A DNA stretch of 64,000 bases, taken from Amoebophrya sp. A120. Taxonomy: Eukaryota > Protista > Dinoflagellata. The position numbers and the translations under genes are program-made. The first letter of the stretch is position 1. Every line of letters begins with the position of its first letter. Under the pieces are notes generated by a model. The model was not told the DNA's origin. It worked only from the letters and a program-made list of their open reading frames with translations, and ran no database searches. Location of the stretch: positions 8,004,771-8,068,770 of the forward strand of contig CAJINV010000004.1 of NCBI GenBank assembly GCA_905178155.1. Direction: 5' to 3'. Positions 1 to 17,838 of this stretch are shown here, piece by piece.

Positions 1-732
1 GCAGGCGCCGGGCCCAGTAGGCTTGCTTAGTGTTCCACGACCCTTGATTGTTCTGCAACAGAAGGAAACTGGTGGCACAGGATGAAGTTAGGCTGGAATC
101 AGGGGGCTCAATATGCAAAGGGGATTGCCGGCCACCCTTAACCGGTAAGTTCCGACACGACTCCGGCTTATGATCCCAGTCCCCCCCCCCACCCTTTGCT
201 TCTGTTGCAGAATAAGTCAAGGAGTTGCACTAAGACCGCCACGCACAAACTAAACCTTTAAGTTGTCGCTGTGCCCCAGGTGGGTTGCCAGTCAGCAGTG
301 ACAAACAACTGGCCAATGGTTTGACAACTACGGTCCGCGGCACTTGCCTTTTTCGCCGGTGCCGCAGGTAAGGCACAAATGGTCCAGCCTCCCCTGTCTG
401 GGCGGGGTTGCGGCTTAAGGGAGAGTCTCGCCCCTTAACCAAAGGGGTACGTCGTCTCTTCCGTGAGAACAAAAACTTATGGCGTAAAATGGGTCGGGTC
501 CTGGATCGTTCTGTATGTTGGGCTGTCGCGCTCGGCTAGCTGGCCGGGCTGTACTGATCAGGTGTGGTGGGTAGCTCCCGACTGGTTGGTACTTTTATTG
601 GGGCGACTTGCCGTGGTAGCGCTCGGCTTTTGTATGATGAGGTCGCCGAAAGTGCCTCCTCGCCCACCCCCCCGGGGAGGGGATCCTTGACCTGTGGCGC
701 TGGGAGCGGGTGTCCACTACATGATGATGATG
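1..732. mobile_element. Foreign insertion inside an introner, possibly the 3' end of a non-LTR retroelement with an (ATG)n tail
   Basis: Ends in atgatgatgatg (721-732), directly abutting the interior of an introner homologous to the one at 60432-60718. No recognisable coding motif. Confidence 0.3.
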
Positions 733-5322
<4,590 letters not shown>

Positions 5323-5344
5323 TTAATATTACTATCTATTATAT

Positions 5345-6768
5345 TCATGCGAAAAAAGAGGTCTACAGAGGATAGAAGAGAGGTGGCCGAGAGGTCAAAA
5401 AGAGGTGAAAAGAGGTCAAAAAGAGGTCCACAGAGGTGGAGAGGTGGCGCGGGAGGTCATTCGGGAGGGTGGCCGAGAGGTGGCGCGAGTATAGCCAGCC
5501 GAACCGGTCGCCCTAAAGCCGCGCCTATGGGGCCCGGAGGTGGCCGAGAGGGTCGGGAGAGGGTAAGCGAGAGGGGGACAGAGGTGCCGAGAGGTTGCGC
5601 GAATAAGGGCGAACCCCTCGCGCACCCTCTGGGCCACCTCTCGGCCACCTCTGTAGACCTCTACTGGCGAGTATAGCCGGATTATTAGCAACACCTCTCG
5701 GGAGAGGCCAAAAAGAGGGCTTGCGAGAGGGTAAAAAAGAACCGAATCCGCACGGCACGGGGCCGCTTTTGGTGGGACTGTTTCATGGCGCAGGCCCACA
5801 CCTCTCGCGCTACCCTCCCGCGCACTCTCTCGCGCACCCTCTCGCGGACCCTCTCGCGCGACCCTCTCGCGCGCACCGCTCGCGCCAACAGTTTCCGTCG
5901 GGAAGCCAATTGGCCGGGGGCGGGCGTGTGTGTGATCAACAAAGGGCAGCGCGGTCCGAGTTCTGCTTCGGCACCGATGCCGAGGCGGCTTCTCTTCGCC
6001 CCCAAGCTTCGCTGCAGCTGCTCCCTGCGCATAGCGCCTGAAGGCGCGGGAAGCGCGCAGGAGGCCCTGCGGGTTGACATGGCGCAAACCGGCGCCGATA
6101 CTTCCTTCGATCTGTCACGCTGTCCGTAAAGCCCTGTCGTTGTGGCTCGATCCGCAAATAGTCCTGCCCCGCCCCAACAGCCTTGCGCCCCGGCGTCAGC
6201 CGGGGCATGGCTGGTATTTATATATGGAAGAAAACGGGGCTGGAGAGGGTACGGTAGAGGTTGGGGAGAGGTTTTATAGAGGTAAAATAGAGGGTCGGGC
6301 AAAGTGAGAGGGTCGGGGAGAGGTAAAGCGAGAGGTAGCGGAGAGGTTGGGGAGAGGGTGCGTAGTATGTACGCCCTTACAGCGCGGCTATACGCGCGCA
6401 GAGGTTGGGGAGAGGTCAAGTAGAGGGTAGGGGAAGAGGGTGTAGAGGGTCGGAGAGGGTGCGTAGTATAGGGCGACCCTCTAGGCGACCCTCTACCCCG
6501 ACCCTCTCCGGGATCCTCTATTTTACCTCTCGACGGACCCTCTCGGGACCTCTCCGACCCTCTCCCGGACCCTCTCCCGGACCCTCTCCGGGACCCTCTC
6601 CGAACCTCTCCCGGACCCGGACATGAGATACTATACTATCATGGAGAGGGCAAGAGAGGGTCAAGATTCCAATGGTCCAAGATGGCAGAGACCCGACTCC
6701 AATCCAGATTCCAAACCAGAGGGCAGAGACCCGACTCCAATGGTCCAGGGAACCTCATCTTGACCCTC
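5345..6768. mobile_element. Foldback-like element built of AGAGG/CCTCT inverted arrays, plus a small TIR element (6656-6768)
   Basis: Purine arrays 5357-5600 and 6240-6470 are mirrored by pyrimidine arrays 5610-5665 and 6476-6620. TIR gagggtcaagat/atcttgaccctc. The region is flanked by a 36-bp direct repeat (5288-5323 and 6769-6804). Confidence 0.55.
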
Positions 6769-8144
6769 ATGAATCCTGGACCAATGAGTTCGGGACAAGA
6801 TGATACTATACTATGGTAAATTCGACATCATGCAAAATTATCATCACATCTCGACATGCGAAAGGAACGCTCGTGGAAAAGAATTTTTGCGAACCTGACA
6901 GAGATTTTTTATTGAGTGCGCTGCAATACAAAATAAAATCTCAGCCGGTACAACTACTACTTACTGTACCATAGTCGTGCTTGTGGTACTTAGGGTCATA
7001 CGAAGATCATATTGATCTGTGTGTTCTATGCCGAGCAGTCTGATAGCAGTTTGTATAAGGTCGAGACGAAAATTACGTAAATACAATCGTGGATGAAGAA
7101 TTTTCGGTCGAAAAAAAAAATGGCGGAAATGATTACTAGAATAGTAAAGCTCGTGCTGCAGGTCCACAAATCGCGTTGTGGAGAAAATGATGAAGATCCT
7201 CGACCTGTGAAGATGATGAATCCAAATAGTAAAAAGCCCTAAAATGAAAAATCGCAATCGGTATTGAATAAAACGCGACTTCTGCCCGGATGAGCCGTGT
7301 AAGCCCCACGATCTCGTGTTGCAAGGATGTAAAATACCCCTTCACCCGTCGGTACGTGTACTGTCACCACCAGTGGCATCTATGTATAAGTAGGAGACGC
7401 CGACATACTACAAATTCATTTTCAACGACGTGCGGCCATCATCTTGTTCGGTAATTACGGATTATATTTCAACACGACCGGGAGAAGTTCTACTTCTTTT
7501 CAACATCTCCACGGCCACACAGCAGCCCGACTACTAGACAAAACGGTGGAAGCACCTCCAATCATATTGCCTGGAGCGGCTCTACTTTCCCCCATAATCA
7601 TACTAGCCGTCAGTTGTTGCAGTTGTCATAGGCACTACATAACTGTCGTTTCTTCTATCGAGACGGAACTCCTGCGCCTAGGTTTTATTTGAATCTACTA
7701 GTAGCTGACGACCTTCATTATCGTTCTGAGTGTTGACCACAACTAAGTATTTGAAGATACTACGCCTTGTTGTACAATTTGTTCACTGAAGAACTCGCAC
7801 ATTACATTCAATTTTCTGCCCTCCCTGCTCTTCGCACACCTCTACTAGACCAAACTAAGTAGACCTGATTCCGAGAAATTATAACTACTTGAAAAAAATG
7901 AAGATGCTGCTCCCCTGTACAATTTCCTCGCGCTTTTCTTGTTCGTACCCGGCAGCTCGCCTGCGTCACGCTGTTTTCGTGGCGATGGCCTTCGCATGCT
8001 TTTCTCTGTCCGTCCTTGGTCCTGTTGCGCACGCACTCCAGCTTCAGGCACGACCGAGTCGGGACGGGCAGGAACCTTTCTTGCAAGTGCACGCGGCTCC
8101 TTCTGGTGCTCCCGGCGGTGGTGAAGATGGTGGACGGGGTGTAG

Positions 8145-8457
8145 TATTCTCTGCCAAAATGTCTGTGTCAGAGTCCTGCTCGTCTGGAAACTCACTACTA
8201 TAAACTGTTTTTAGTTGGCGTTGGTCGTGAAGAGCGGTAAAGTACGCACAGGGGGTTATAAGCATGAAACATTTTTTCCCGTCTGTGTCCTGCACCTGCT
8301 GGAAAATAAGTATTTCGAATTACAATTTGCGTTTTTGCACGACAGGCATAAGGGGTATCCTATTATTTTATCAATGACAAAGGAAGCTAAGAAATGTATC
8401 TAGGCAAGCGTGACGAAATTTGCGATCTTCCTGACCCAGACATGCTTGCAGTGGATA
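8145..8457 (+). mobile_element. Older introner, family A-like (same site in copy 2)
   Basis: tattctctgccaaaatgtctg / cagacatgcttgcagtggata. Confidence 0.8.
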
Positions 8458-8651
8458 TGATTCAGGTCCAAGCACAGACGGAATCCCCCCGGCGGTCGCG
8501 GCTGTGCGCGCCAGTGAAGAGGCCCTCCAGGGCGGTGAACGATGTCTCATCTGCTTTGATGACGGAATTCCGGCACACCGCATGAAGCAAATGTGTAGAG
8601 CAGTGACAAGCGCCGGAGACCCGAAGCCACATTTTGTATGCGTGGATTGTG

Positions 8652-8808
8652 TATCCTGTGCAAAAGTATCGTACTCCTCGTACTAATTGCAATCATGCAT
8701 AACAAATCTTGTTTCTTAGCAAAATCAGCATTACAAATTCCATTTTTCCTTCTGGAAAAATTTGTGTTGCGATTTATACTACCTAGTGCGATACTGTTGC
8801 AATGCATA
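8652..8808 (+). mobile_element. Introner intron, family B
   Basis: Family B TIR. Repeat TTGTG. Inserted within the RING motif. Confidence 0.9.
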
Positions 8809-8891
8809 TTGTGCACAGCAGTGGGTCAGGCAGTAGTCGGTCTGCCCCGTCTGCCGCGATCCGTCAGTGCTGCAGCGGGAACACGCCCGAG

Positions 8892-9335
8892 TATCCTGTG
8901 TGAAAAACGGGGCCCCCAGTATTCCACCCGGCTTGGTCGTTCAACACATAGTACGCACGATTGGACGCATCTTGATGCCTAACATGGCGCCCTTGTAGTT
9001 GTTGTCCACCGTCGCACAGCCCCATATGACGAGGCGTTTGTGATCATTGGTAAAAAGATCCTGCCACGCTCTAACCTGTCGTGCTCGTGCAAATGAAAAC
9101 TATTTATACAGTGTGTATTTGGGGACTACAAGTAGAAGATCCTCAAGATCATGATCTACTTCCAAGTGCAACGATGTTGACGCCACGTGACATTACGTCG
9201 TCGCTTAGATGATGTGGAACAAGCTACTTTTCACTACATGTCTTCTGTGCGGAGAATTTCTTTCTATTTGTTTCTCATCTTCAGTCCTATGATCTATGGG
9301 GAGATGAATTATGGGCCCACGTGTTTCCACAGGAT
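8892..9335 (+). mobile_element. Older introner, family E-like (homologue at 13668-14147)
   Basis: tatcctgtgtgaaaaacggggccc / gggcccacgtgtttccacaggat. Confidence 0.75.
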
Positions 9336-9391
9336 CAACAGCGGAGCAGCTTCGGCGGGACCGCGGATGGGAAGAACGCCATCCCGATGTA

Positions 9392-9653
9392 TATCAAATG
9401 CAAAAATGTCTGGGTCTGGAGTTTTGCCGGGTTTGTCATGCATATTTTGCATGACCCAGGATGTCTGTAATGCACGGCGTCGCGTCACAAATTTTTAGCG
9501 GGCTTCCTGATGCCTACTCCGCATGACAAATGCCCTCCCCGCGTAGCACAAACTAGACTCCTCTTGCTAGGCATGCCATAAAAATTTTTTAAGCGTCTAA
9601 AGTTAGCATCACAAGTTCCAACCTTCCAGACCCAGACATTTTTGCATTTCATA
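9392..9653 (+). mobile_element. Introner intron, family A
   Basis: Family A TIR. Repeat ATGTA. Interior closely matches 53059-53323. Confidence 0.92.
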
Positions 9654-10696
9654 ATGTAGTTGCCGAATTAGAAAATGAGCCATCCGCCCGATTTCATGTG
9701 ACCGAAACGGGGATCGGTCTTATCGCGAGCGGAGCTGCGGCTGTCTTCATGGGCGCAGCCGGAGCTGGGCCCCCTGGCTGGTGCGTCTACTGCGGGGCCG
9801 CTAGTGCAACCGTTGGCGGAATCGCGATAGTATGCGACTGTTCGCGCAGGTGTCGCCAGCAGCGCTTCTACCAACCAAAGCAAGGCTGCACACCGCTCGT
9901 GGTCACATCACGGCTAGCTATGTTATACACGATGTTGACTGCTGGGCCGCTACTCGGCACCAACAAAACTAGCGAAGTTACTTTGTGGCGCCACGATTTG
10001 TATGAAATTATTACCTCTGCTCGTCTGCGTTTCCATTTCCTTCCCGCAGCAAGTAGGCAAAAAAATTCAACGTCATACGTAATTCTGCCGCGTCTGCTCG
10101 TTTTATTGGGGCTAGATGTCAAGCTCGATGATGGAATGTTTCGCGCTAGTAGATTTCAAGGACGATGATCTCGGATCAGCACGGATGTGTGACCGTGACG
10201 ACGACCAAGCTAGAAGAACAAAGCAAGTGTACTTAGTACACATTCTTTGTTCTTCTAGCTTGGTTGTGGTCGTGGGACGAGTGGTGTACAGCTTTTCTGC
10301 AGTTGGACAACCCGCAAGACGAGTTCAGACACGGGAGTGCCGCCGCGAGGCAGCTGCGGCTGCGGCCCCGGGCCCGGTCCGCCGAGAGGCGCCGCCAAGA
10401 GGCGCCGCCAATGCAGCAGCAAATGCAGGGCCCACAGGGTCAGGGAGCGGCAGCCCGCCCGCCAACTCAGCAGCAAATGTTGCCCGACCGCCAACCTCAG
10501 GATCCGGCGCGGCCGGATCATGTACTTCCGGGGGCGTGGCTGTGATCGTGGACTAGACTAAGTACCGACATCGCTCGACCGGCGTGATGAAAGGTACTAA
10601 AGCTGCGAAAGATGATTTGGTGGCAGCTCTGAGGGCATTTTTACCGGGTACTGCTCTACAAAAATCTCGGCACGCATCGTCCCAGACCGTATGTTA

Positions 10697-10958
10697 TATA
10701 AAATGCAAATATATCTGGGTCTGGAAGGTTCCGAGACTTGTCATGCAGATTTTCCCTGATCCACGTCGTCTGGAATGCAGGACCTAGCATGACAGATTCT
10801 GTGAGATCCCTATCATGCCTATGCTGCATGAGAAACTTCCTCTCAACTTCGTCAAAAGTGGACAACTTTTGGCATTCATGCAACACAGATTTTTGCATGA
10901 TCCAGAATTAGCATTACAAGTTGCAACCTTCCAGACCCAGACATATTTGCAATGCATA
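10697..10958 (+). mobile_element. Family A element in the 3' flank of copy 1
   Basis: Family A TIR. Interior matches 48812-49073 and 52003-52263. The homologous site near 15070 is empty. Confidence 0.88.
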
Positions 10959-12433
10959 CTTTATGCTGGAAGACCATGTCGACGTCCCCACGAGGACAGC
11001 ATAATTGAATACTTTTTATATATGAGATCAAAAAGCACGGTAGGATTTTTACGACATTACCAAATCACAATTTCAAAAAAAAGTGCCCCCGGCAGTGTAT
11101 GATTTATTGCAAGTAAGAACCGAACCAGTATGAAAACTAGAACTCCTAGAAGCCCTAGCTGCAACCCTCGGCGGCCACTTGGGTTGTAGATCATTAATTT
11201 CTGGCACTGAAGTCGACACTATCTAATATATGTAGTATTGTGCCCGCTTGAGAAGAAATACAAGCGAGCACCAACTCCGAGCAGTAGAGATCATTTATGC
11301 GTCGCCTGAGGTCGGACGTGTTGTTGCATTCCACGCACGAAAACTTTATGGAATCCTTCACAGGCGCCTCCCTCGTCTTTTTGACATATATGGGGAGCAT
11401 AAAAAACGTGCGGAGTCAGACAGTGGATCAAGCTCCGGCAACGACCTCTACTTAAGTGCCGCAGCAACGGCAGTGCCACGCCTTTTCTCCAATGATTCTG
11501 TTCCATTTCTTGTGCCTTGTGTTCTTCCGGTCGTCGGCCCTCTTGCGTCCTTGCAGCTCCTGGTGTACCGTTGACAACATATTTTCAGCAGTTTGTCGTA
11601 CCAAGATCAAATGAAGAGCGGAGGCATAAAAGAAACGCTTCCTCGGAAAAATCATGGAGGAAATGATCACTAAAATATACTTACGCCGTCCCTCGTGCCG
11701 CTGGTTCACTTGATGTTAGGAGAAAATGGCCAAGATCCTCGACTTGTGATGATAAAGTTAAAGCGAAATGAAAATCCCAAATGAAAATAAGTTGCAAAAA
11801 TGAAAATCGGTATTGAAAATAAAAACGACATCTCTCCGGAAGAACACGGGTAGTTTAGAAGAGAAGACATCGGCATAGACCACGTAGAGTGTCGGCAAAT
11901 TACACGTCGGTCTCCACAGAACAAAGGCTCCGCTCCTGTCGGAGGTGAATTGGTTACTAGAACGCGCGTCTTCGGTTGATGTCCTGAATTCTCCAGAGAA
12001 GTACTGCATCTCGCAGTACGTTGGATGGTTGATTGCTGACACATGAAGACTCGGTTAGTACAGTCGGGGGCTGGGGCGGCACAGCTTCCATGAATGTGAA
12101 TCTCGGAGATTCTAACAGCAAGCGCCACAGTTCCAACGAAAAAACTCTGCACCCTAACAACCTCTAGACCACACCCTTAAACCAACAGCCAACCGCTTAA
12201 ACTAGCACCAACCTGAGAAAGCTCCAACCTGGCTGCTACAAACACTTGTTAAGCGCGTAAATTTTGAACAGCCTATAGTATAATTTGGCATACCTACACC
12301 TTGTACAATTTTTGTTCACTGAAGAACCCACACATCACATTCAATTTTCTGTTCGCCCTCCTCTTCGCACACCTCTACTAAACCAAACTAGACCTGATTA
12401 CAAGCACTGTAAAAAAGCACTTGAAAATATAAA

Positions 12434-14929
12434 ATGAAGATGATGCCACCCTGTAGTATTTCCTCGCGCCGGTCTTGTTCGTCGTACCCGGAAGCTCGGC
12501 TGCGTCAGGCTGTTTCCGTGGCGATGGCCTTGGCAAGCTTTTCCCTGTCCGCCCTCGGTCCTGTTGCGCACGCACTCCAGCTTCAGGTACGAGCGGGTCG
12601 GGACGGGCAGGCACCTTTCTTGCAAGTGGAGGCGGCCGCTTCTGCTCCCGGCGGTGGTGGTGGTGGTGGACGGGCTGTAATATTCTCTGCAAAAATGTCT
12701 ATGTCAAGGTCCTGCTCTATCGCAAGAAAAAAGTGTTACAGCTACACACTGTGTTGCAGGCCAAGCAAGACAGACCAGCTCTGTCATGTCGGATATGCAC
12801 AGGAGCTTCGTTTCATAGGCGTTCTCCCTTAGGATTTCCGCATTGCAAGTTTTCTCTCTCATGCAGACAAATTTGTGTTGCTGAATTGACAACAAATGTG
12901 TAACTGTAACACTTTTTTCGTAGGATATGCTCCGGAAACTCACCACTATAAGTGTTAGCTGGTCGTGGAGAGCGGTAAAGTATGCACAGGTAAAAAGCAT
13001 GAAACATTTTATAGTGTCTGTGTCCTGCTGGAAAATATTTCGGATTACAAGAAATACAATTTGCGTTTTTGCACGACAGGCATAAGGAGTATATATGTTG
13101 TAAATGACAAAGCCACATTTGCCAGGCGAGCGTCACGAAATTTGCAGCGATCTTCCTGATCCAGACATGTTTGCAGTGGATATAAGTCAGGTCCAAGCAT
13201 AGACGGAGTCCCCCCGGCGGCCGCGGCTGTGACCAACACTGAGGCGCGTGAGTGTTGGATTTGTCACGGTGAATTTACTAGGGACAACGGCCCATTCCGC
13301 ACGTGTTTTCACCGAAATAGTGACGGGACGGGCCATGATGCCCACCAGAGCTGTGCTCGAACATGGTGTGCAACTCAGGGGGCCGACCGGAGACGGGACC
13401 AACCGAGGTGCTTCTGCAGGCGGCCAATGCGAATCGAGAGCGATGCTAGTATAGTTATGCAAAAATAAATGAGGATTATCATGCTCCCTGAGGTTAGTGC
13501 CATGCAAAAATATAAACAAGGTTTATCAAGTGCTATTTTTATTTTTGCGTATCAATGCTCATATCCGAAAAATATTACTAGTTATCCGTAATGGCAAGTG
13601 CTATGCAAAAATAAAACCTTGAGTATCATTCAAAAATAAACAGGGGATCAGCAACTCGCTGCCCGAGTATCCTCTGGAAAAACGAGGTCCCCAGGATCCC
13701 CGGCTTGGTCAATCAGATACGCACGGTTCACCGCAGCATGCGTAAAATGTCGTTCTTGTTTGTAGTCCAACGCACAGCTGCCCCATGCGAGGCGTTTGTG
13801 ATAGGTAAGTAGAAGTACTTACAACAGCGATCCTTCTGCCATGCTCTAACCGGTCTAGCCGGTGGTCGTGGTCGTCCTCGTCGTGCAAATGCAAATTATA
13901 CGAAAATAGATTCTACAGCATTTTGGATACTAACGGTAGTAGATGCAGCGGGCATGCCCAAGATCAGCTGTTGTGCAGCTGGGTCTACAACTTCTACGGC
14001 TGACAATGAGAGTGACGTCATGTGACATGACATCATCGTTATAGATGTCGTGCTGGAAGACATCATTTATATCTTCTGTGCAGAGTAGAAATATTTGTTT
14101 CGCTATTTCATCAGGGGAAAAAATGGGACCGAGTTTTTCCACAGGATCAAGCTTGCAGCAGATTCAGCGGGACTACCCAGATTTACGGGCAAGGGACCCC
14201 AATGAAGCCCTTTGTTGCGCCACTCTCGGGGCGATGGGTGCATTCGCCTCCACCGCGGCTGCCATGGCTTTGCACTCCGTCCCTTGTGGGGTCGCTGGTG
14301 TCACCATTGGCGGAGCCTGTATGGTCGGCTGCTCGTGCAAGCAGCGCCACGATGACCGCTTCTACCAACCGGAACAAGGCTGCACACCTCTCGTGGTCAC
14401 TGTCACACCGCGGCTAGCCATATAGAATGTTATGCACGATGACTCGGCCTCTACTCCGCATCAACAACAAGCGAACTTGGTTTGTTGCGTCGCTACAAGA
14501 TATTTTTCGTCCCGTCTGTATTTTCTTCTCCCCGCAGCGAGTGGGCAAAATTCAAAGTCGTGCGGAATTCTGCTGGTTTTAGGTGCTAGATGCCGAGCCC
14601 GATCATGAAATGTTTCATCGGGCTAATGTTTGGCAAGCACGATCATGGAACAGCACTTGTCTATGCCGAGGACCACACTAGATGTATACGCCGGCGGATG
14701 ACCTTTTTACATATGCATGTGGGTATTTGTTTTATCGTGGGACCACGAGGAGTTGTGTACAGCTTTTCTGCAGTTGGATAACCAGGCAGAAGCGGTCAGA
14801 GAGGGGGAGGCTGCCCGGGAGCGAATTCGCAGCAGACTGGCCGAGGAGCGAATTCGCAGCGAATTCGCAGCAGCCCGAGCGCCAACGCAGCAGCAAATGA
14901 GGATCGGGGACGTTGACATTCTGGACTAG
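12434..14929 (+). CDS. Signal-peptide / RING-H2 / TM family copy 2, multi-exon
   Basis: Leader ..GPVAHALQLQ. RING CWIC..C..HDAHQSC..CFC (13229-13440). Hydrophobic segment ALCCATLGAMGAF..ACMVGC. Last exon inferred from homology to copy 1 and an IR-bounded insert at ~14363-14780. Confidence 0.7.
12681..13182 (+). mobile_element. Older introner (homologue of 8145-8457) containing a nested introner
   Basis: Same ends and interior as 8145-8457 apart from the insert. Confidence 0.82.
12718..12927 (+). mobile_element. Family D introner nested inside another introner
   Basis: TIR tatcgcaagaaaaaagtgttacag / ctgtaacacttttttcgtaggata. Repeat TGCTC. Empty site in copy 1. Confidence 0.9.
13668..14147 (+). 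mobile_element. Older introner, family E-like
   Basis: tatcctctggaaaaacgaggtccc / gggaccgagtttttccacaggat. Homologous to 8892-9335. Confidence 0.75.
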
Positions 14930-16893
14930 GCTACTAGTACCAACATCTCTACTCAACCGGCGTGATGAACAGAGGCAAATCAAGCTGCGAAAAATGATTT
15001 GGTGGCAGCTTCGAGGGCGTTTTCACTGGGTACTGCTCCACAATCTCGTCAAGCATCGTCCCAGATCCTATGCTACGTGTAGAGGTCATGTCCTTGATCA
15101 TGTCCTCGCGATGACTATGACAGCATAATTAAATATGGGATAACACAGAGTAGGATTTTAACATTATCAAGTCACAATTTTAATAATTTGAACATACTTG
15201 CTACACGCTATTTTACTAGAAGCTGACGCAAATTTTGTGTATGTTCGAACCTTTCGTGTGTTTAGTTTAGCATCGGTCCGTGCGTAGCAATGCAAGCTAG
15301 CAAGCATCTGTGCATCTGAACGCCACAGAGTGGGATTTTAACATTATCAAGTCACAATTTAAAAAAAAAGTGCCACGACAGTGTATGATTTAATTGCAAG
15401 AACCGAACCAGCACCAGAAAGAGGACTCCTAGCTGCAACCCTCGGCGATCGTCACTTGGGTTGCAGATCATTAATTCATGGTGCTGCAGTCGACACTAAT
15501 ATATAACATAGTATTGCGCCCTCTTGAGAAGAGTTGTTACAAGCGACCGCTGAGCGGTCGGCCTCAGTAGATATAAAAGTAAGTGGTTGAGGCGAGCAAC
15601 GAACAAGAAGATTTGTATACATCAATCTTCCCGAACCCGAAGTCTGTTGCACGCGTCGCAACGAGGAACTTGACAGCTGCGCCAATAATGAGGTTGACCA
15701 CGACCGCGGCGGCGCTGCCCTAAGGGGGAGGCACAAGCAATAGCAAAAGGCACTGCACTGTAATTATGATTCCCAGACGCAGCGGCAGCTCACGTCACCC
15801 TAGGTGGAGCAGAAGGGGGCGCCGGCTGGGCGCTACTTTTGGAAGCAAGTACTGAGATGAACTACCGGTGTTCATGTCTCCCGAGTCGATCCTGCAATTC
15901 CTGAAATGCAGCAATGGAGTTTCATACCTCCCTCCAGGCCGTCGCAATGATAGAAAGTCAGTTGCCGATTATTTTCTGTACCCGGTCTAGCATATTCTGT
16001 TCATCGGTGTTACTAGCAGAGCTTTCTTGCGAGGAGGCAGATCCAAGTTCTATAAAAATTTTCCTCATGAGCAGGAGTTGTCCGTGAGAACCCGTCGGTT
16101 TTTCCGACTGATCGAAATTATCAAACACGAATGAAAAAAGCTCCTCTATTTTTGTTGGTCGTTGGATCTTTGAAATGCTTATCGACGATATTGTTCCAGC
16201 TAACCGCACAGGCGGATCGAGATCAGCCTGATCGTCGAAATGCTTTAGAAATGACAACGAGATCAAAATTTTCGCAATAATGAAAACTCGCAATCGGTAC
16301 TTATGATGAAAATGATGACCTAGACCTTTCATCTACTTCGCGTCTACTGCCATATCTGTCGCTGGTGCAGGTGCTAGGTTAATAAACAGCAGTAGTACTT
16401 AAGTAGCCACCGACGTGCGCCGTACTTCCTGAAGTCGTGTAGCAGCTGCCATCGGGGGTAGAAGTTAAGTAAGCACTCACTCCGGAGGTTTTGGTTTCTT
16501 TTCAACCTCCACACAGTGTCCAATTTTAGTGCCACCTGCAAGAGCGGTACTTACTTGTTTGCTTGATCTTAACCATCAATTTTTGAAGTTAGTAGACAGA
16601 GTGGTGGTTGTTCCCACACGAGAAGTGTGATTTCCTCCATTGCAACACTTACACTGCTCCTAGAATTTTCTTCTTGCCGACCTTCATTATTCCCTCGTTC
16701 CGAGAAGTTGTGATGACCTTTTGCTACTACTTACAACACCACGACCTTGTATGGTGTTACTAAATTACATGTACTGCTGGTTCTTGCCACGTACAATTTT
16801 AGTAGTTTTTTCTCATACATTAACTTTCCTCCTAGACACCAAAAGGAACACAGAAACTACTGCTCCGAGAAGTAGAGGTAAGTACAACCCGAG

Positions 16894-17838
16894 ATGGCGC
16901 TTTCTTGTTCATCTCGTCGCTGCTCACAGCCTCGCCTGCGCCAGCTTGTTTTGCATACGGTGGTGAGTCTCGTCGTCGCGGCAGGCTTTTATTTTTCCGG
17001 TTGTAGTTCTCCTCCTGCTGCGCACGCACTCCAGCTTCAGCCGCCAAGAAGAAGAAGGGCGAATAAATCGCAGAGAAGTACGGGGTCGTCCCGAAATGAT
17101 CTCAGCGGCGGCGTGCCCCTACTGCAAACAAGTACTTCTGGGACGTCGCCGAGCTCTGGGTCATCAAGATCATCTGGTGGAGCCGGTGCTAGTACAACAT
17201 CAAGCGGACAACTGGATCATTCTACCGAAAGTCGTGTAGTTGCGGACAACGACCAGGAAGGACGTCGTAGTTGTGTGATTTGTCACGGTGATCTCGATCC
17301 CGATCCGGAGCACGGACCAATCGGACGCATGTGTGCATACGAAGGTAGTGACGGGGCGGGCCATGATGCTCACGCGCGGTGTGCTCGGCAGTGGGGTTTC
17401 TGTCAGATGGCCCAGGGTGGACGGGAACAACCGACGTGCCACTGCGGGCGACCCATGCAAATCGACATGAGCAATGCTATCATCACGCAGGAGGAGTGGG
17501 AGGCAACTCTACGTCGAAAGCCGGAAAATGTAAATAGAGTTCTACGTCAAAATGAAAGATTTCGACTGGCAGAGCGCCGTGCTAAAGATGGCCAAATGTG
17601 GATGTCTATCGGGGGCGGAATCGCTGCAGCGCAGACAGCTCTCGTTGCCGCCTTTGCCTGGTGGACGGGACACTGTCCCGACCCCCTTTCTGTAGTCTGC
17701 CTTATTCCGCTACCGAGCGCACCCTATTGCGTGTGTGGAGCATATATGGTCTGTGCGGCAGAAGGGGTAAAGGGCAGCATTTATCATACAGAAAGACCGC
17801 GCACGCCCTACTCGACCAGCACAGCACGCCCCTGCTAG
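16894..17838 (+). CDS. Signal-peptide / RING-H2 / TM family copy 3 (main exon, a short last exon may follow near 18370-18500)
   Basis: 314-aa ORF: leader ..AAHALQLQ, Ser-rich linker, CVIC..C..HDAHARC..CHC, hydrophobic C-terminal segments. Confidence 0.8.
   Translation: MALSCSSRRCSQPRLRQLVLHTVVSLVVAAGFYFSGCSSPPAAHALQLQPPRRRRANKSQRSTGSSRNDLSGGVPLLQTSTSGTSPSSGSSRSSGGAGASTTSSGQLDHSTESRVVADNDQEGRRSCVICHGDLDPDPEHGPIGRMCAYEGSDGAGHDAHARCARQWGFCQMAQGGREQPTCHCGRPMQIDMSNAIITQEEWEATLRRKPENVNRVLRQNERFRLAERRAKDGQMWMSIGGGIAAAQTALVAAFAWWTGHCPDPLSVVCLIPLPSAPYCVCGAYMVCAAEGVKGSIYHTERPRTPYSTSTARPC

Larger units (their letters stand above)
7898..10545 (+). pseudogene. Signal-peptide / RING-HC / TM family copy 1, multi-exon, in-frame TAG at 8834-8836
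   Basis: Leader ..RLRHAVFVAMAFACFSLSVLGPVAHALQLQ. RING CLIC..C..HFVCVDC-AQQWVRQ*SVCPVC. Hydrophobic Gly/Ala/Cys segment at 9698-9850. Interrupted by five introners. The 3' end is inferred. Confidence 0.65.
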
